64,000 nucleotides of DNA from a virus. Position 1 is the first letter of the stretch. Every line of letters starts with the position of its first letter. The position numbers and the translations under genes are program-made. Positions 30,091-40,021 of the stretch are shown here, piece after piece. The notes under the pieces were generated by a model. The model did not search any database, was not told where the DNA came from, and saw nothing but the letters and a program-made list of their open reading frames with translations. The stretch lies in the IMG/VR virus record IMGVR_UViG_3300020196_000003, one strand, 5' to 3'.

Positions 30091-30897
30091 ATGAGCAACA
30101 AAAATAAAATATCAGTTATTTTACCAATTAAATCAGGTAAAGCAATCGACTTTCAAGAATTTTTTGATAAGTGTATCCAATCTGTCAAAAATCAAGGAGA
30201 TTTTTTAGGTGAACTAATAATCGTTCACGGATCAGAAGAATATTTAACTAACTTTTTAGATAAGTATGATTTCAGTGGTCTAACTGTAGTCAAAGAAGTA
30301 TGGACAACCAAACCAAATTTTGCGAAACAAGTAAACAAGGGTGTTGAAATCGCAAAAAATGAATGGTGTTCGATCGTGGAATTTGATGACGAATATTCGA
30401 ATATTTGGTTCAAAAACGTAATTAAATATATGAATATTTATAAAGATGTAGATGCGTTCTTACCTATAGTAGTTGACGTTGATGATAAGTTGGTATTTGC
30501 TGGATTTACTAATGAAGCAACTTTTGCGGCTAATGTATCAACTGACATGGGAATTTTGAGCAACGAAACATTACAAACTTATCAAAATTTTCAGACATCA
30601 GGTATGGTTTTCAAAAAACAAAAATACCAAGAAGTTGGTGGTTTGAAATCCAATATCAAACTAACTTTTGGTTATGAATTATTTTTACGTCTTACACACT
30701 ACTCAGCACGAATTATGACAATACCTCGTATTGGTTACAAACATATTAACTTAAGAGAAGGATCAATTTTTTGGAACTACAAAAACGGTGACGACAGATT
30801 GGATCAGGAAGAAGCAAGATTTTGGATCGAGACGGCAAAAAAAGAATTTTTTTTCAAAAACGAAAGGGATATAAATTATGAACCACAAGAAATTTGA
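30091..30897 (+). CDS. GT2 glycosyltransferase
   Basis: ISVILPI...VNKGV...EFDDEY. Confidence 0.75.
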   Translation: MSNKNKISVILPIKSGKAIDFQEFFDKCIQSVKNQGDFLGELIIVHGSEEYLTNFLDKYDFSGLTVVKEVWTTKPNFAKQVNKGVEIAKNEWCSIVEFDDEYSNIWFKNVIKYMNIYKDVDAFLPIVVDVDDKLVFAGFTNEATFAANVSTDMGILSNETLQTYQNFQTSGMVFKKQKYQEVGGLKSNIKLTFGYELFLRLTHYSARIMTIPRIGYKHINLREGSIFWNYKNGDDRLDQEEARFWIETAKKEFFFKNERDINYEPQEI

Positions 30898-31640
30898 TAG
30901 TAGTAAATGAAACTGAAATTATAAACAAAAAGAAAAAGAAAGGTAGAAAACCAAAAGTTAATAATTATTTTGATGAAAGAGAGGAGACGGCAGTTAGAAA
31001 TTTTTTAGTCGCCGAAACTTACGATGAAAAAAACAAAATTTATAACGATTATTTAAGAGTACCTTTAGACAAAATGATATCTTCAATTATTAGAAGATAT
31101 AAATTGTATAGGAAGGATATGAACTACGAAGAAATACACGTAGATACACATTCTTTTTTGATGACTAAAATTGAAAAATTTAAACCTTCAAAAGAAAAAA
31201 AGGCATATTCTTATTTCGGAACTATTTGTAAAAACTATTTGATGGGACAAATAATGAAAGATCAAAAAGAAACAAATAGAAAAATATCATACGAGGATAT
31301 TTCTAGTGATTTATCAAACAAAAGTGAAATGTCTTATTCAATTGATAATTATGACTTGAGTTCAGAAACTATCATTAAAAAGTTTTTAGAAAAATTAAAG
31401 AATAATTTGGAAAATCAAGAAATCAATGAACAAGAATATAAATTAGGTTCAGCAATTTACGATCTATTTGAAAATTACAATCAAATTTTTCATGACACCT
31501 CAAACAATAAATTTAATAAAAATTTAATTCTTTTTGAACTCAGAGAAATGACAAATCTTTCTACTAAAGAAATCAGAACTTTGATTAAAAAATATAAAAA
31601 ATTGTATTATGATTTAATCCAAGAATTACTTAAAGATTAA
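30894..31640 (+). CDS. Sigma-factor-like protein (gp55-like late sigma candidate)
   Basis: KFKPSKEKKAYSYFGTICKNYL resembles sigma region 2 of T4-like late sigma factors. Confidence 0.6.
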   Translation: MIVVNETEIINKKKKKGRKPKVNNYFDEREETAVRNFLVAETYDEKNKIYNDYLRVPLDKMISSIIRRYKLYRKDMNYEEIHVDTHSFLMTKIEKFKPSKEKKAYSYFGTICKNYLMGQIMKDQKETNRKISYEDISSDLSNKSEMSYSIDNYDLSSETIIKKFLEKLKNNLENQEINEQEYKLGSAIYDLFENYNQIFHDTSNNKFNKNLILFELREMTNLSTKEIRTLIKKYKKLYYDLIQELLKD

Positions 31641-31651
31641 TATTTATTATT

Positions 31652-32023
31652 ATGCCCCGACCAACAAAAAAAGAAATTAATTTATCAAAAGAATCAATGT
31701 TGTCTTTGATGCAAGAAATTTATAACGAACTTGTAGAACAAAGAAGTACTGCGATTAGAATACAAAACAAAATGTTAACAATGATGAAAGAACCTGAAGA
31801 TATGACTGTGATAGGTCCTGTGATTGAAAAACAACAAAAAATCATAAATGATTGTGTTGAGAAAAAACTAACTTTGTCAAAATTACAAGCGCAAATGTGG
31901 CAAAAATCCACAGACAAAGAAGAAGATTTTACTCTGTCAGATATAGACATGAATGATCTTGCAATCCAAAGTTTATTACAAAAAGATATCAATACGGACT
32001 CAAATTATAAAATGAAAAAATAA
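31652..32023 (+). CDS. Hypothetical coiled-coil protein
   Basis: 123-aa ORF preceded by TATTTAT. Confidence 0.7.
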   Translation: MPRPTKKEINLSKESMLSLMQEIYNELVEQRSTAIRIQNKMLTMMKEPEDMTVIGPVIEKQQKIINDCVEKKLTLSKLQAQMWQKSTDKEEDFTLSDIDMNDLAIQSLLQKDINTDSNYKMKK

Positions 32024-32029
32024 TGTTTT

Positions 32030-33949
32030 ATGGCAGTAGATATAAATGAAGAGTTAAAAAAGGCTGAAAATAAATCAGGCGTATATAAAAAATACAAAGA
32101 GTATAAAAAAGGGTATGAAGACCTAAAAAAAAAGGTTGGAAGTTCACAGGAAACTAGTAACAATTTTTTGAAAAAACCTTTGAATGATTTCACGGCTTGG
32201 AAAAAAAAACATGAAGCTAATGCTAAAACTTTTTTGGATGAACTAATAAAACAATTGAAACAACTCAAAGGTTCTGGTGTTGAATCAGATAAGTTGATCA
32301 AAAGAATATTTATCAATTCTTTAAAAAAAATCAAACCTCAGATAAAAAATCTCATTATCGATGAAGCGATCAAAGCATTAGGATGTAGTAACATAACTTT
32401 AACGATACCATCAACATACTACGTACCTGTTAAGTCTGTAGATTTATTTGGATCTTTTGAATTACCGCCGACCGACAAAATTGGAAAATTTTTCTATGAA
32501 CAAAATGAAATTTCATACAACGAATATCCATTTTCGATGAATAGAGAACTATATAATAGAATTCAAAATCTAAATCAACCATATTCTGCTGTTGCGAACA
32601 ACAACTATTTAGGTCTATCTCAACAAGGTATTTTTGATATAACCTATGTTGAAAGCTACGTTGATCCCATATCTCTACAACCAATACAAGGTAGTTTTTT
32701 TAAAGTGGATATAAGTACAAGATTAGGAGTACCGGCCGTTGATAAATTGTTGTCAGATTATTACGAATCAATTGACATTTTAGATTATAAACAATTTTTT
32801 ACAAATTTAGTAGATTATGTTACAGGAGTAATTTCTTTCGGAAGAGGTGACGGAAATTTAAAACTTAGTTCTATACAAAAAGTTTTAATTATTATGCAAA
32901 GAATATTAGGATTATGTTCTGATTCAAATAAAGAAATTAATGTCGGATCGTCTTCTAAAATATCTGAGGTTGATAATGTTGACGAATCTTTTTATGAATT
33001 TAACAACATTGACCTTAGAATTATAGAACAAAATATTTCTGATATAAAATTAGGTGTAATCGAATACGAAGAGTGTGATAAAATTAAATTTCCTCTTAAC
33101 CTTGAGGCGGTTTTGACCGCCTTAGATGAATTAACTTTCAACGAAGATACCACAGACGTAAATGAAATAGAGGCAGCCTCAGGTATTATTTATCCCGCTA
33201 CAGATGACACTTTTAAACTTTCTTTAGATGCAGGATTTTTTCAACAATTTATTAAAGCGTTAGTTAATTCTGTGTTATCGCCAAAGAATGTTTTACCTAT
33301 TATGACAGTTGCCGCAATGTTTAATCAACCTATTTATAAAGAAATTTCTAATATTGAGGACTTTCAAAAAAAATTCAGAACATTTTTTAACGAATTCATG
33401 ACTAAGATTACGGCAATTTTTACCAAAGAAGTTTTCAATGAACTTAAAAAAGAAATAAAAGCATTAGTGAAGTTGTTATTGGAAGACATAGGTACAGAGA
33501 AATCAAATAAAAAATATCGAATGATATTAGCAATTGCCGCTGTTATACCAGGACTATTAGTAATTGCAAAAGATTTCAGAGAATGTAGAAGTGTTTTAGA
33601 TGAATTGTTACAATTGTTGAATATAGGTATAAAAAAAGGATTGGATGCTATAGCTGCCAAGGGTGGTGATTTACCACTTCCTTTATTATTGTCGGCAAAA
33701 ATTTTGGATGGATATTCACCAACAAGAGCATTTCTAAACGTTATAGAAAATTTAGAAGAAATAGGAGTTCCTACTGGACCTATGCCAGATGGTAGCCCAA
33801 ACGAATTTTTAGCGTCAATCAAAGCAATTATTGATGGAAACGCTAAAGAAATCGAAGAAAACAGTAAAGTAGCAATCGGTATTGGACCATTAACCATAAC
33901 ACCAGCAGGTGTTACCACACCATCAGATGCATATGGAAAGTTTTTTTAA
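32030..33949 (+). CDS. Hypothetical protein, probably virion/baseplate-associated
   Basis: 639-aa ORF upstream of the gp5-like gene. Confidence 0.6.
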   Translation: MAVDINEELKKAENKSGVYKKYKEYKKGYEDLKKKVGSSQETSNNFLKKPLNDFTAWKKKHEANAKTFLDELIKQLKQLKGSGVESDKLIKRIFINSLKKIKPQIKNLIIDEAIKALGCSNITLTIPSTYYVPVKSVDLFGSFELPPTDKIGKFFYEQNEISYNEYPFSMNRELYNRIQNLNQPYSAVANNNYLGLSQQGIFDITYVESYVDPISLQPIQGSFFKVDISTRLGVPAVDKLLSDYYESIDILDYKQFFTNLVDYVTGVISFGRGDGNLKLSSIQKVLIIMQRILGLCSDSNKEINVGSSSKISEVDNVDESFYEFNNIDLRIIEQNISDIKLGVIEYEECDKIKFPLNLEAVLTALDELTFNEDTTDVNEIEAASGIIYPATDDTFKLSLDAGFFQQFIKALVNSVLSPKNVLPIMTVAAMFNQPIYKEISNIEDFQKKFRTFFNEFMTKITAIFTKEVFNELKKEIKALVKLLLEDIGTEKSNKKYRMILAIAAVIPGLLVIAKDFRECRSVLDELLQLLNIGIKKGLDAIAAKGGDLPLPLLLSAKILDGYSPTRAFLNVIENLEEIGVPTGPMPDGSPNEFLASIKAIIDGNAKEIEENSKVAIGIGPLTITPAGVTTPSDAYGKFF

Positions 33950-34169
33950 TATTGAAGATAAAAGAATAAAGGCAAATGAAGTTCTTAAAATTATTAAAGA
34001 GCATAAAGACAGATCGAACAGAGATTTGCAAATTGCCATGGAATTTATAAGTGAGGATCACAAAGTCACCAAAGAATCTATAATTAAGTTAACACACCAT
34101 TTGGACGCTTTGGAAAACACTTATAATGTTATACATAAAGAATATACAGAAAGAACAAAGGTCATATGA
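33933..34169 (+). CDS. Hypothetical phage protein
   Basis: ATG at 33933; overlaps both neighbours. Confidence 0.65.
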   Translation: MESFFNIEDKRIKANEVLKIIKEHKDRSNRDLQIAMEFISEDHKVTKESIIKLTHHLDALENTYNVIHKEYTERTKVI

Positions 34170-35719
34170 TAGACGATAAAAGAATGATTTTCCAAGGTTA
34201 TGTAATAAATAACCAAGATCCTTTAATGTTAGGTCGTATAAGAGCCTTACCAATCGATCAAGTTGAGTCCGATATTTTACCCATAGATTTCAATCCTGAA
34301 AAAGATATTTGGACTGAAAAAGATCCTCTAATTTTTCTTCCTTTACTACCTTATTATATAAGTCAAATTCCAAAAATTGATGAGTATATTCACATTTTTT
34401 ATCACAACACAGAAATGGTTGTTGACAATTCTAAATTTTATATTCAAGGACCTATTACTAGACCCCAAAATAACTTTTTTGAATCTTGGCATAATTCAGA
34501 ATCAATGTTAGCTAGTGGAGTTTTTTTAAAAAAAGCAAATAACATCAAAGACCCGTTAAGTTTTGAAATCAAAGCTGAAGCAAAAGGGATTTATCCTGAA
34601 CCAGGAGATAATGCTTTACTTGGAAGAGGGACCTCTGATGTTATTGTTAAACAAGAAGAAGTGTTAATTAGAGCAGGAAAAAATATACCAACACAAACTG
34701 CAGGATTTAATTTACCAACACCTAGACTTAATCGAGCATTTGTCCAACTTTCAAACTTCGAACTCGAAAGAGGTGAAAGACCTCCCAAAAAAGTTACTGA
34801 ATTAATTAATAAAGCTTTGGCGGTCAAAAAATTAATCGAGTGGGAAATTACAAATGAAAACAGTATTACAGGTCTAACACAAAATAATTCAGTAACAGGT
34901 GTGACATATTATGATGGTAATATTAAATTATATTCTTTACTACCTAAATCAAAGGTAACAACAATTGATATTCACATGAACACACCTTTAGATGATTCTA
35001 AAGCGGGGCCAGAGTATGAATTGTTTTTTACTGGTCAAACTTTAGAGGAAGGTGTAAAAATTATCAATCAATTTATTTCGGGGGTAAATAATGGAAAAAT
35101 CAATGTTCAAAATTATGAACAATATCCTTTCGATAGTAGTTTACAGATTTCAAGACAATTTCCCTTTTATTTTAGACCTTCAAAAAATAACGTTGATAAG
35201 CTTAGTTCGACAGGATCAACTGACTTTAACATGGTGAATAATTTTTTTACACAAATAAAATTGCTACCATCAAATAAAGAATATGGAAGTGTTTTAGTTT
35301 GGACAAAAAATATTGTGGGCCAACAACTTACAGTTCAAACAAATACACTTGATCAAAATGTTTACACATCAAATCCAATATCCTTCGGAACAATGGTCGC
35401 AGACACACTATATCTTCTTTCCCATAAAACAGATATCCCTTCCAAAAGAAAAATTGTTTTAGAACCGAAAAAAACTTTATATGGTATTCCACAACCTTTC
35501 TTCAACGAAATTATAAGTAAAAACACAGATCCTATGGTAAGAGGAAATGAACTTATGAAATTATTAACTCTTATTGTTGATTTTTTAGAGTCACATGTTC
35601 ATAACATAAATAAAGCGCCAATACCAGTTGCTGTCGATGGAACAAAGATAGAAGAAATAAGAAATATTTTGCAAAATTCTAGTAACACAATATTAAATCA
35701 AAGAATACGACTTAATTGA
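34166..35719 (+). CDS. Baseplate hub/spike protein (gp5/VgrG-like OB fold)
   Basis: N-term GYVINNQDPLMLGRIRA (gp5 OB-fold pattern); C-term PMVRG...HVH spike-tip-like motif. Confidence 0.65.
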   Translation: MIDDKRMIFQGYVINNQDPLMLGRIRALPIDQVESDILPIDFNPEKDIWTEKDPLIFLPLLPYYISQIPKIDEYIHIFYHNTEMVVDNSKFYIQGPITRPQNNFFESWHNSESMLASGVFLKKANNIKDPLSFEIKAEAKGIYPEPGDNALLGRGTSDVIVKQEEVLIRAGKNIPTQTAGFNLPTPRLNRAFVQLSNFELERGERPPKKVTELINKALAVKKLIEWEITNENSITGLTQNNSVTGVTYYDGNIKLYSLLPKSKVTTIDIHMNTPLDDSKAGPEYELFFTGQTLEEGVKIINQFISGVNNGKINVQNYEQYPFDSSLQISRQFPFYFRPSKNNVDKLSSTGSTDFNMVNNFFTQIKLLPSNKEYGSVLVWTKNIVGQQLTVQTNTLDQNVYTSNPISFGTMVADTLYLLSHKTDIPSKRKIVLEPKKTLYGIPQPFFNEIISKNTDPMVRGNELMKLLTLIVDFLESHVHNINKAPIPVAVDGTKIEEIRNILQNSSNTILNQRIRLN

Positions 35720-35739
35720 TATTTATTATAAAAAGATAA

Positions 35740-37206
35740 ATGTCAATTAATAACTCTTATTTTAGTAGAAATAATACAATAGTATTCAACAGTTATGTAA
35801 ATACAGGTAGGAACCCTGTTACGCAACTTTATTATGGGGATGGTGGTTTAGTAAATCCAATAGGGTATTCAAGGTTTATTTTTGATTTAGATTTGGAGCT
35901 ATTGAGAGAAAAGTTATTCACAGGTGTAATCTCCACAGGTTGTACAAACAACATGAGACACATTTTAAAAATGACAAATACTTCATCATTCGATAATGAA
36001 CTTTTGAATACGTCTATGCCTGATGGGAGTTTGAGAGCGACTTCTTTTGATTTGATCCTTTTTAGAATACCACCGAAAGATTTTGATCAAACAAGACCAC
36101 AATATTGGGATGAAGGTGTTGGTTATGATTTTTATGATGTACCAAATCAAATGATACCAAACAAATATTATTCCAACAGACCATCGAATTGGTATCAAAC
36201 AACAACAATAGAAAATTGGGAACAATCTGGAGTTTATGACAACATGAATATTGGACCTATACCCTTTTCTTCGTTGACAATTGTAGATATACAACATTTT
36301 GAATTCGGTAATGAAGACATCGAATTTGATATGACACAAGAAATCAATGATTTATTAAACGGAGACTACATAAATCCTACAGGTTGGGGAATCGCATATC
36401 TTCCAGATGTTGAAAATCTTGTAGGGACAAGTGGAATTTATTCTGTAGGTTTTTTTACAAGACATACCCAAACTTTTTATGAACCCTATTTACAAACAAC
36501 TTATGATGATTTAATTGAAGATGATAGAAATAACTTCACATTGGGAACTGCCAATAAATTATACCTATACATTTACGAAGATGGGGATTTCAAAAATTTA
36601 GATCAAACACCATTAGTAACCATTTCCGATTCATCGGGAACTGCAATACCTGGTTTAATAAACTTAATTTCCTGTTTGAAAACAAAAGGAGTTTATGAAG
36701 TTGAAATTCCGCCGCTAATTGGTTACAAAACACCTTGTTTATTTACGGACACATGGTCATATATAAAACTTAATGGATTTTCATTACCCAATCAAATTAA
36801 TGAATTTACTGTATATCCGTTGAAAAAATCAATCCAAATTGGAACGTCAACAAATGATCCTTCTCAATATGGATTTAGTTATTACGGATTAAAACAAAAT
36901 GAAAAAATCTTAAATACAGATGTTAGAAAAGTTGGGGTTATAATAAAACAGGCCTATACAACAAATAAACAACTTCCCAACGTAGATGGTCAATATAGAG
37001 TGTATGTTAGAGAAGGTCAAACTGAAGTTATTGTTCAAGATTGGACTTCATTGAATAGAACACCAAATGAGTATTATTTCATTTTTGATACAAGAGATAA
37101 AATACCAAATATGTATTTTGTTGATATCAAGGTAACGACCTCAGGTCAAGTAAATGTTTATAAACAACAAATTAATTTTCAAATCGTAAACGAGAAAACA
37201 GAATAA
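35740..37206 (+). CDS. Putative virion structural protein
   Basis: 488-aa beta-rich ORF after TATTTAT in the baseplate region. Confidence 0.6.
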   Translation: MSINNSYFSRNNTIVFNSYVNTGRNPVTQLYYGDGGLVNPIGYSRFIFDLDLELLREKLFTGVISTGCTNNMRHILKMTNTSSFDNELLNTSMPDGSLRATSFDLILFRIPPKDFDQTRPQYWDEGVGYDFYDVPNQMIPNKYYSNRPSNWYQTTTIENWEQSGVYDNMNIGPIPFSSLTIVDIQHFEFGNEDIEFDMTQEINDLLNGDYINPTGWGIAYLPDVENLVGTSGIYSVGFFTRHTQTFYEPYLQTTYDDLIEDDRNNFTLGTANKLYLYIYEDGDFKNLDQTPLVTISDSSGTAIPGLINLISCLKTKGVYEVEIPPLIGYKTPCLFTDTWSYIKLNGFSLPNQINEFTVYPLKKSIQIGTSTNDPSQYGFSYYGLKQNEKILNTDVRKVGVIIKQAYTTNKQLPNVDGQYRVYVREGQTEVIVQDWTSLNRTPNEYYFIFDTRDKIPNMYFVDIKVTTSGQVNVYKQQINFQIVNEKTE

Positions 37207-37231
37207 TTAGATATTTATAAAAAAAAATATT

Positions 37232-37621
37232 ATGCCATTTCAAAATTTTGAGTTATGTGATCAATCGGGAGTTTTTGTTCAAGTCGACGATAATGATGCA
37301 ACTTTAGTTACAGGTGACACGTATTCCGTAATAGATGGTTCTACAGGTGCAATATATTGTGCCACTTTTGTTGGGGGTGCTCCATCGGGACCTGAATATA
37401 CTTTAGGAACTTTATTTGATTCTTGTATTTCTTGTAATTCTAGTATTCCATTTTCCGCAGGAACAGAATACAAAGGTTGTGTTATCTGTTGTCCATGTGG
37501 AACAGGAACAACCGTAAATGAAGTAACATTACCACACCCAGAATGGACAGGGTTATATGGAAATCCAATTACACAGTTAGATGCAGTTCAATTAGGAGGA
37601 CAAAACGGATTATACATGTGA
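37232..37621 (+). CDS. Small Cys/Thr/Gly-rich putative virion protein
   Basis: CISC and CVICCPC motifs; preceded by TATTTAT. Confidence 0.6.
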   Translation: MPFQNFELCDQSGVFVQVDDNDATLVTGDTYSVIDGSTGAIYCATFVGGAPSGPEYTLGTLFDSCISCNSSIPFSAGTEYKGCVICCPCGTGTTVNEVTLPHPEWTGLYGNPITQLDAVQLGGQNGLYM

Positions 37622-37626
37622 AGATT

Positions 37627-38085
37627 ATGAAAAATTTAAATTATATTATTAGAAAAGTTTTATTAGAAACACACGACGAACAACATTCCTCGAGATATAT
37701 GTTTTTTTCCAATTTGGAACAAATGAGAAGACAATGTGATCTATTATTAGATTTGGATCAAAACATGATTGACGAAATTTTAGAAAACGGTCATGATTGG
37801 GCTCAAGATCACGTCAGTGAAGCAAAAAACAACATGGATCAAGTTTTTGATTTTTTGATGAATCAGACCAATTCAGAACACCATGAAGACAATATGTATG
37901 ACGATATGATGATGGAAGGTAGGAAAAAAACTGGAACAAAATTATGTGCTAGAGGTATTGCATCTGCCAAAGCAAAATACGACGTATATCCAAGCGCATA
38001 TTCAAATGGTCACGCTGTCCAAGTCTGTAAAGGGAAAATTAAAGGACTTGACGGAAAAAGAAGGTGTTCAGGAGCGTTTTGTTAA
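37627..38085 (+). CDS. Hypothetical protein with basic C-terminal domain
   Basis: ATG at 37627; C-terminal KLCARG..AKAKYDVYPSAY motif. Confidence 0.65.
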   Translation: MKNLNYIIRKVLLETHDEQHSSRYMFFSNLEQMRRQCDLLLDLDQNMIDEILENGHDWAQDHVSEAKNNMDQVFDFLMNQTNSEHHEDNMYDDMMMEGRKKTGTKLCARGIASAKAKYDVYPSAYSNGHAVQVCKGKIKGLDGKRRCSGAFC

Positions 38086-38246
38086 TGAACTAATCCTAAT
38101 TAGTTTTATTTTATATTCATTTCGATATTTGTAGAACAAACATAAACTACAAATAAATGAAAAAAGAAGAAACAAAAGTGAAATCGAAGTAAAAACAATA
38201 TAAAAAATTCTTTGGATTATATTTTAAAAAAAAAATTAATTCTAAT

Positions 38247-39014
38247 CTAAGAAGATTTAAGTTTTTGAATAATTGACAGTACCGTGGTATCTTCTTTTAT
38301 ATTCTTTTTTGGTTTATAAGAAGTCATCACAGGTTTTTGTCCTTTACCTTGTTGTGGATCTTTTTTTTCGGCTCTTCTTTTTTGAGCACAAGCACTCCTT
38401 TTTTGTGAGTCAGACATTTTACCAGCAACTCCCGCAGCTCTACACTTAGGATAAGAACCCTTAGAAGTATCACTTCGTCCACAGGGAGGATGCTTACCGT
38501 CGACTTTACGACAAATATCTACCCAAGGACCACTTGGTTGAGAAGATCCTTTGGGTTTCTTCTTTTTACCAAACCATACGGCCAAATCTTCGTTTATTAA
38601 ACCTTTGTCTGAAACTTCCACCCACTCATTAAAAGGGACCTTTTCTATAAATGGCGCCAATTTCCTATTATGATCAGGACTTTTACCATCATACATAAAT
38701 TGATTCACAGGGTTTCCATCTTGATCTGAAAAGGTTGAGTAAGGGTGGGATTTGATGTAATTCTGTATTTTTGAAGCGACTTTTTCCAACTCTATAATTT
38801 GATCTTTTTTTAGGTCAAACTTGTGGTCATAACTATCATATTGGACAAGTGGGCTTTTGAAATTAGATACAGACTTGTCAAATGGTCCCAAACTCGATTT
38901 TTTCCATGGTCTAAGACCTGGTTGCACGGGAGGTATATAACTTCCCCGACTTCCCGTAGCGTCACTCGTCGCCTCTCTAATTACCTTAGATATAATTTTA
39001 TTTAGATTTTTCAT
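38247..39014 (-). CDS. Hypothetical phage protein with basic Cys-containing domain
   Basis: LAVWF...WVDICRK...CGR...YPKC; leader ends VIRE. Confidence 0.65.
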   Translation of the reverse strand: MKNLNKIISKVIREATSDATGSRGSYIPPVQPGLRPWKKSSLGPFDKSVSNFKSPLVQYDSYDHKFDLKKDQIIELEKVASKIQNYIKSHPYSTFSDQDGNPVNQFMYDGKSPDHNRKLAPFIEKVPFNEWVEVSDKGLINEDLAVWFGKKKKPKGSSQPSGPWVDICRKVDGKHPPCGRSDTSKGSYPKCRAAGVAGKMSDSQKRSACAQKRRAEKKDPQQGKGQKPVMTSYKPKKNIKEDTTVLSIIQKLKSS

Positions 39015-39049
39015 TGAATAACATTTATAAATATCTTATAATTATAAAT

Positions 39050-39262
39050 ATGAATGAAGAAAAAGAAATTTATGGTAACCTTTTTGGGTCAATAGAACTT
39101 TTGAGTGAGGAACATTTAGAGGCAATTTTAGTGTCTATGGATAAGGATTTAGCAAATTATTATATAATTGAATCTGTTAAATTGGCCTACAGGAAAGGGG
39201 TTTATACAATTGGTGAAACAGAAGTTATTTCTAAAGCAATTAGAACTATGTTAAGACAATAA
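39050..39262 (+). CDS. Hypothetical phage protein
   Basis: 70-aa ORF from ATG at 39050. Confidence 0.55.
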   Translation: MNEEKEIYGNLFGSIELLSEEHLEAILVSMDKDLANYYIIESVKLAYRKGVYTIGETEVISKAIRTMLRQ

Positions 39263-39934
39263 TTTATTTGATTTTTTAATATTGTCAACACCCCACATAG
39301 GTTGTAAATTACCTAATGACCAACAATTCATAAACGCTTCATCGCCTATTTCTAAAATCATAAACGATGAAATGGGTTTAACGTGGTCAACGTGCCATTC
39401 ACCGTAGTTATCCCACGACATATTTTCACTGAATCTATCTTCCAAATGAGATATAAGTTGCTCGGGAGTATATTTTAGAATGTCAAAATAATGTCCGTTT
39501 TTATTTATGTCGTTTTCTTTAAGAACTTGATAAATAGCAGTTCTGAAATTGTTTATTAATTTATAGAGGGGGTCTCTTGATTTACGATTTCTTTCGTAAT
39601 TTCTTTTATTTTCCCTATGTCTTTCAATATTTTTTTTTCTCCATTTTTGATGATACTCATTAAGATGTTCTCTATTTTTTTCAGACCATTTTTTGTAATA
39701 AATTAATTTCTTTTCTTTGTGTTTTTGGTAGTTTCTTTTATCAGATGCACTTTTACCCCCTTTATATTTTCTTCCAGATGACCCAATCTTAACATTATTT
39801 TCTTTTAAAATTCTTAACACTATATGTTTTTTTATATCTAATTTTTCAGATATAGAAGGACTACCCAAATATTCTTCATTATAAAGTCTTATAATTTCAC
39901 ATTCTAAATCCTTATCAATAATTATTTTTTTCAT
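39251..39934 (-). CDS. HNH homing endonuclease
   Basis: WDNYGEWHVDHVKP...NLQPMW..DNIKKSNK; N-terminal HTH-like region. Confidence 0.85.
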   Translation of the reverse strand: MKKIIIDKDLECEIIRLYNEEYLGSPSISEKLDIKKHIVLRILKENNVKIGSSGRKYKGGKSASDKRNYQKHKEKKLIYYKKWSEKNREHLNEYHQKWRKKNIERHRENKRNYERNRKSRDPLYKLINNFRTAIYQVLKENDINKNGHYFDILKYTPEQLISHLEDRFSENMSWDNYGEWHVDHVKPISSFMILEIGDEAFMNCWSLGNLQPMWGVDNIKKSNKLLS

Positions 39935-39972
39935 ATAATATAAATATAACGTAGAACCTATTATTATAAATA

Positions 39973-40002
39973 AAAAAAGGTCAGATTTCTCTGACCTTTT
40001 TT
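39973..40002 (-). terminator. Terminator after the major capsid gene (bidirectional-type)
   Basis: AAAAAAGGTCAG-atttct-CTGACCTTTTTT. Confidence 0.8.
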
Positions 40003-40021
40003 CTTATAAAACTTTAATTGA

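Noticed and set aside
10757-30897. Bacterial chromosomal O-antigen/capsule locus or eukaryotic giant virus origin
   Set aside because: No flippase, polymerase, initiating transferase or export genes. The island is interleaved with dut, exonuclease, phoH and a sigma-like gene, and is contiguous with T4-like head genes.
38100-38246. 11-codon ORF MKKEETKVKSK in an intergenic gap
   Set aside because: Too short to support. It may be another deletion remnant, but there is no recognisable homology.
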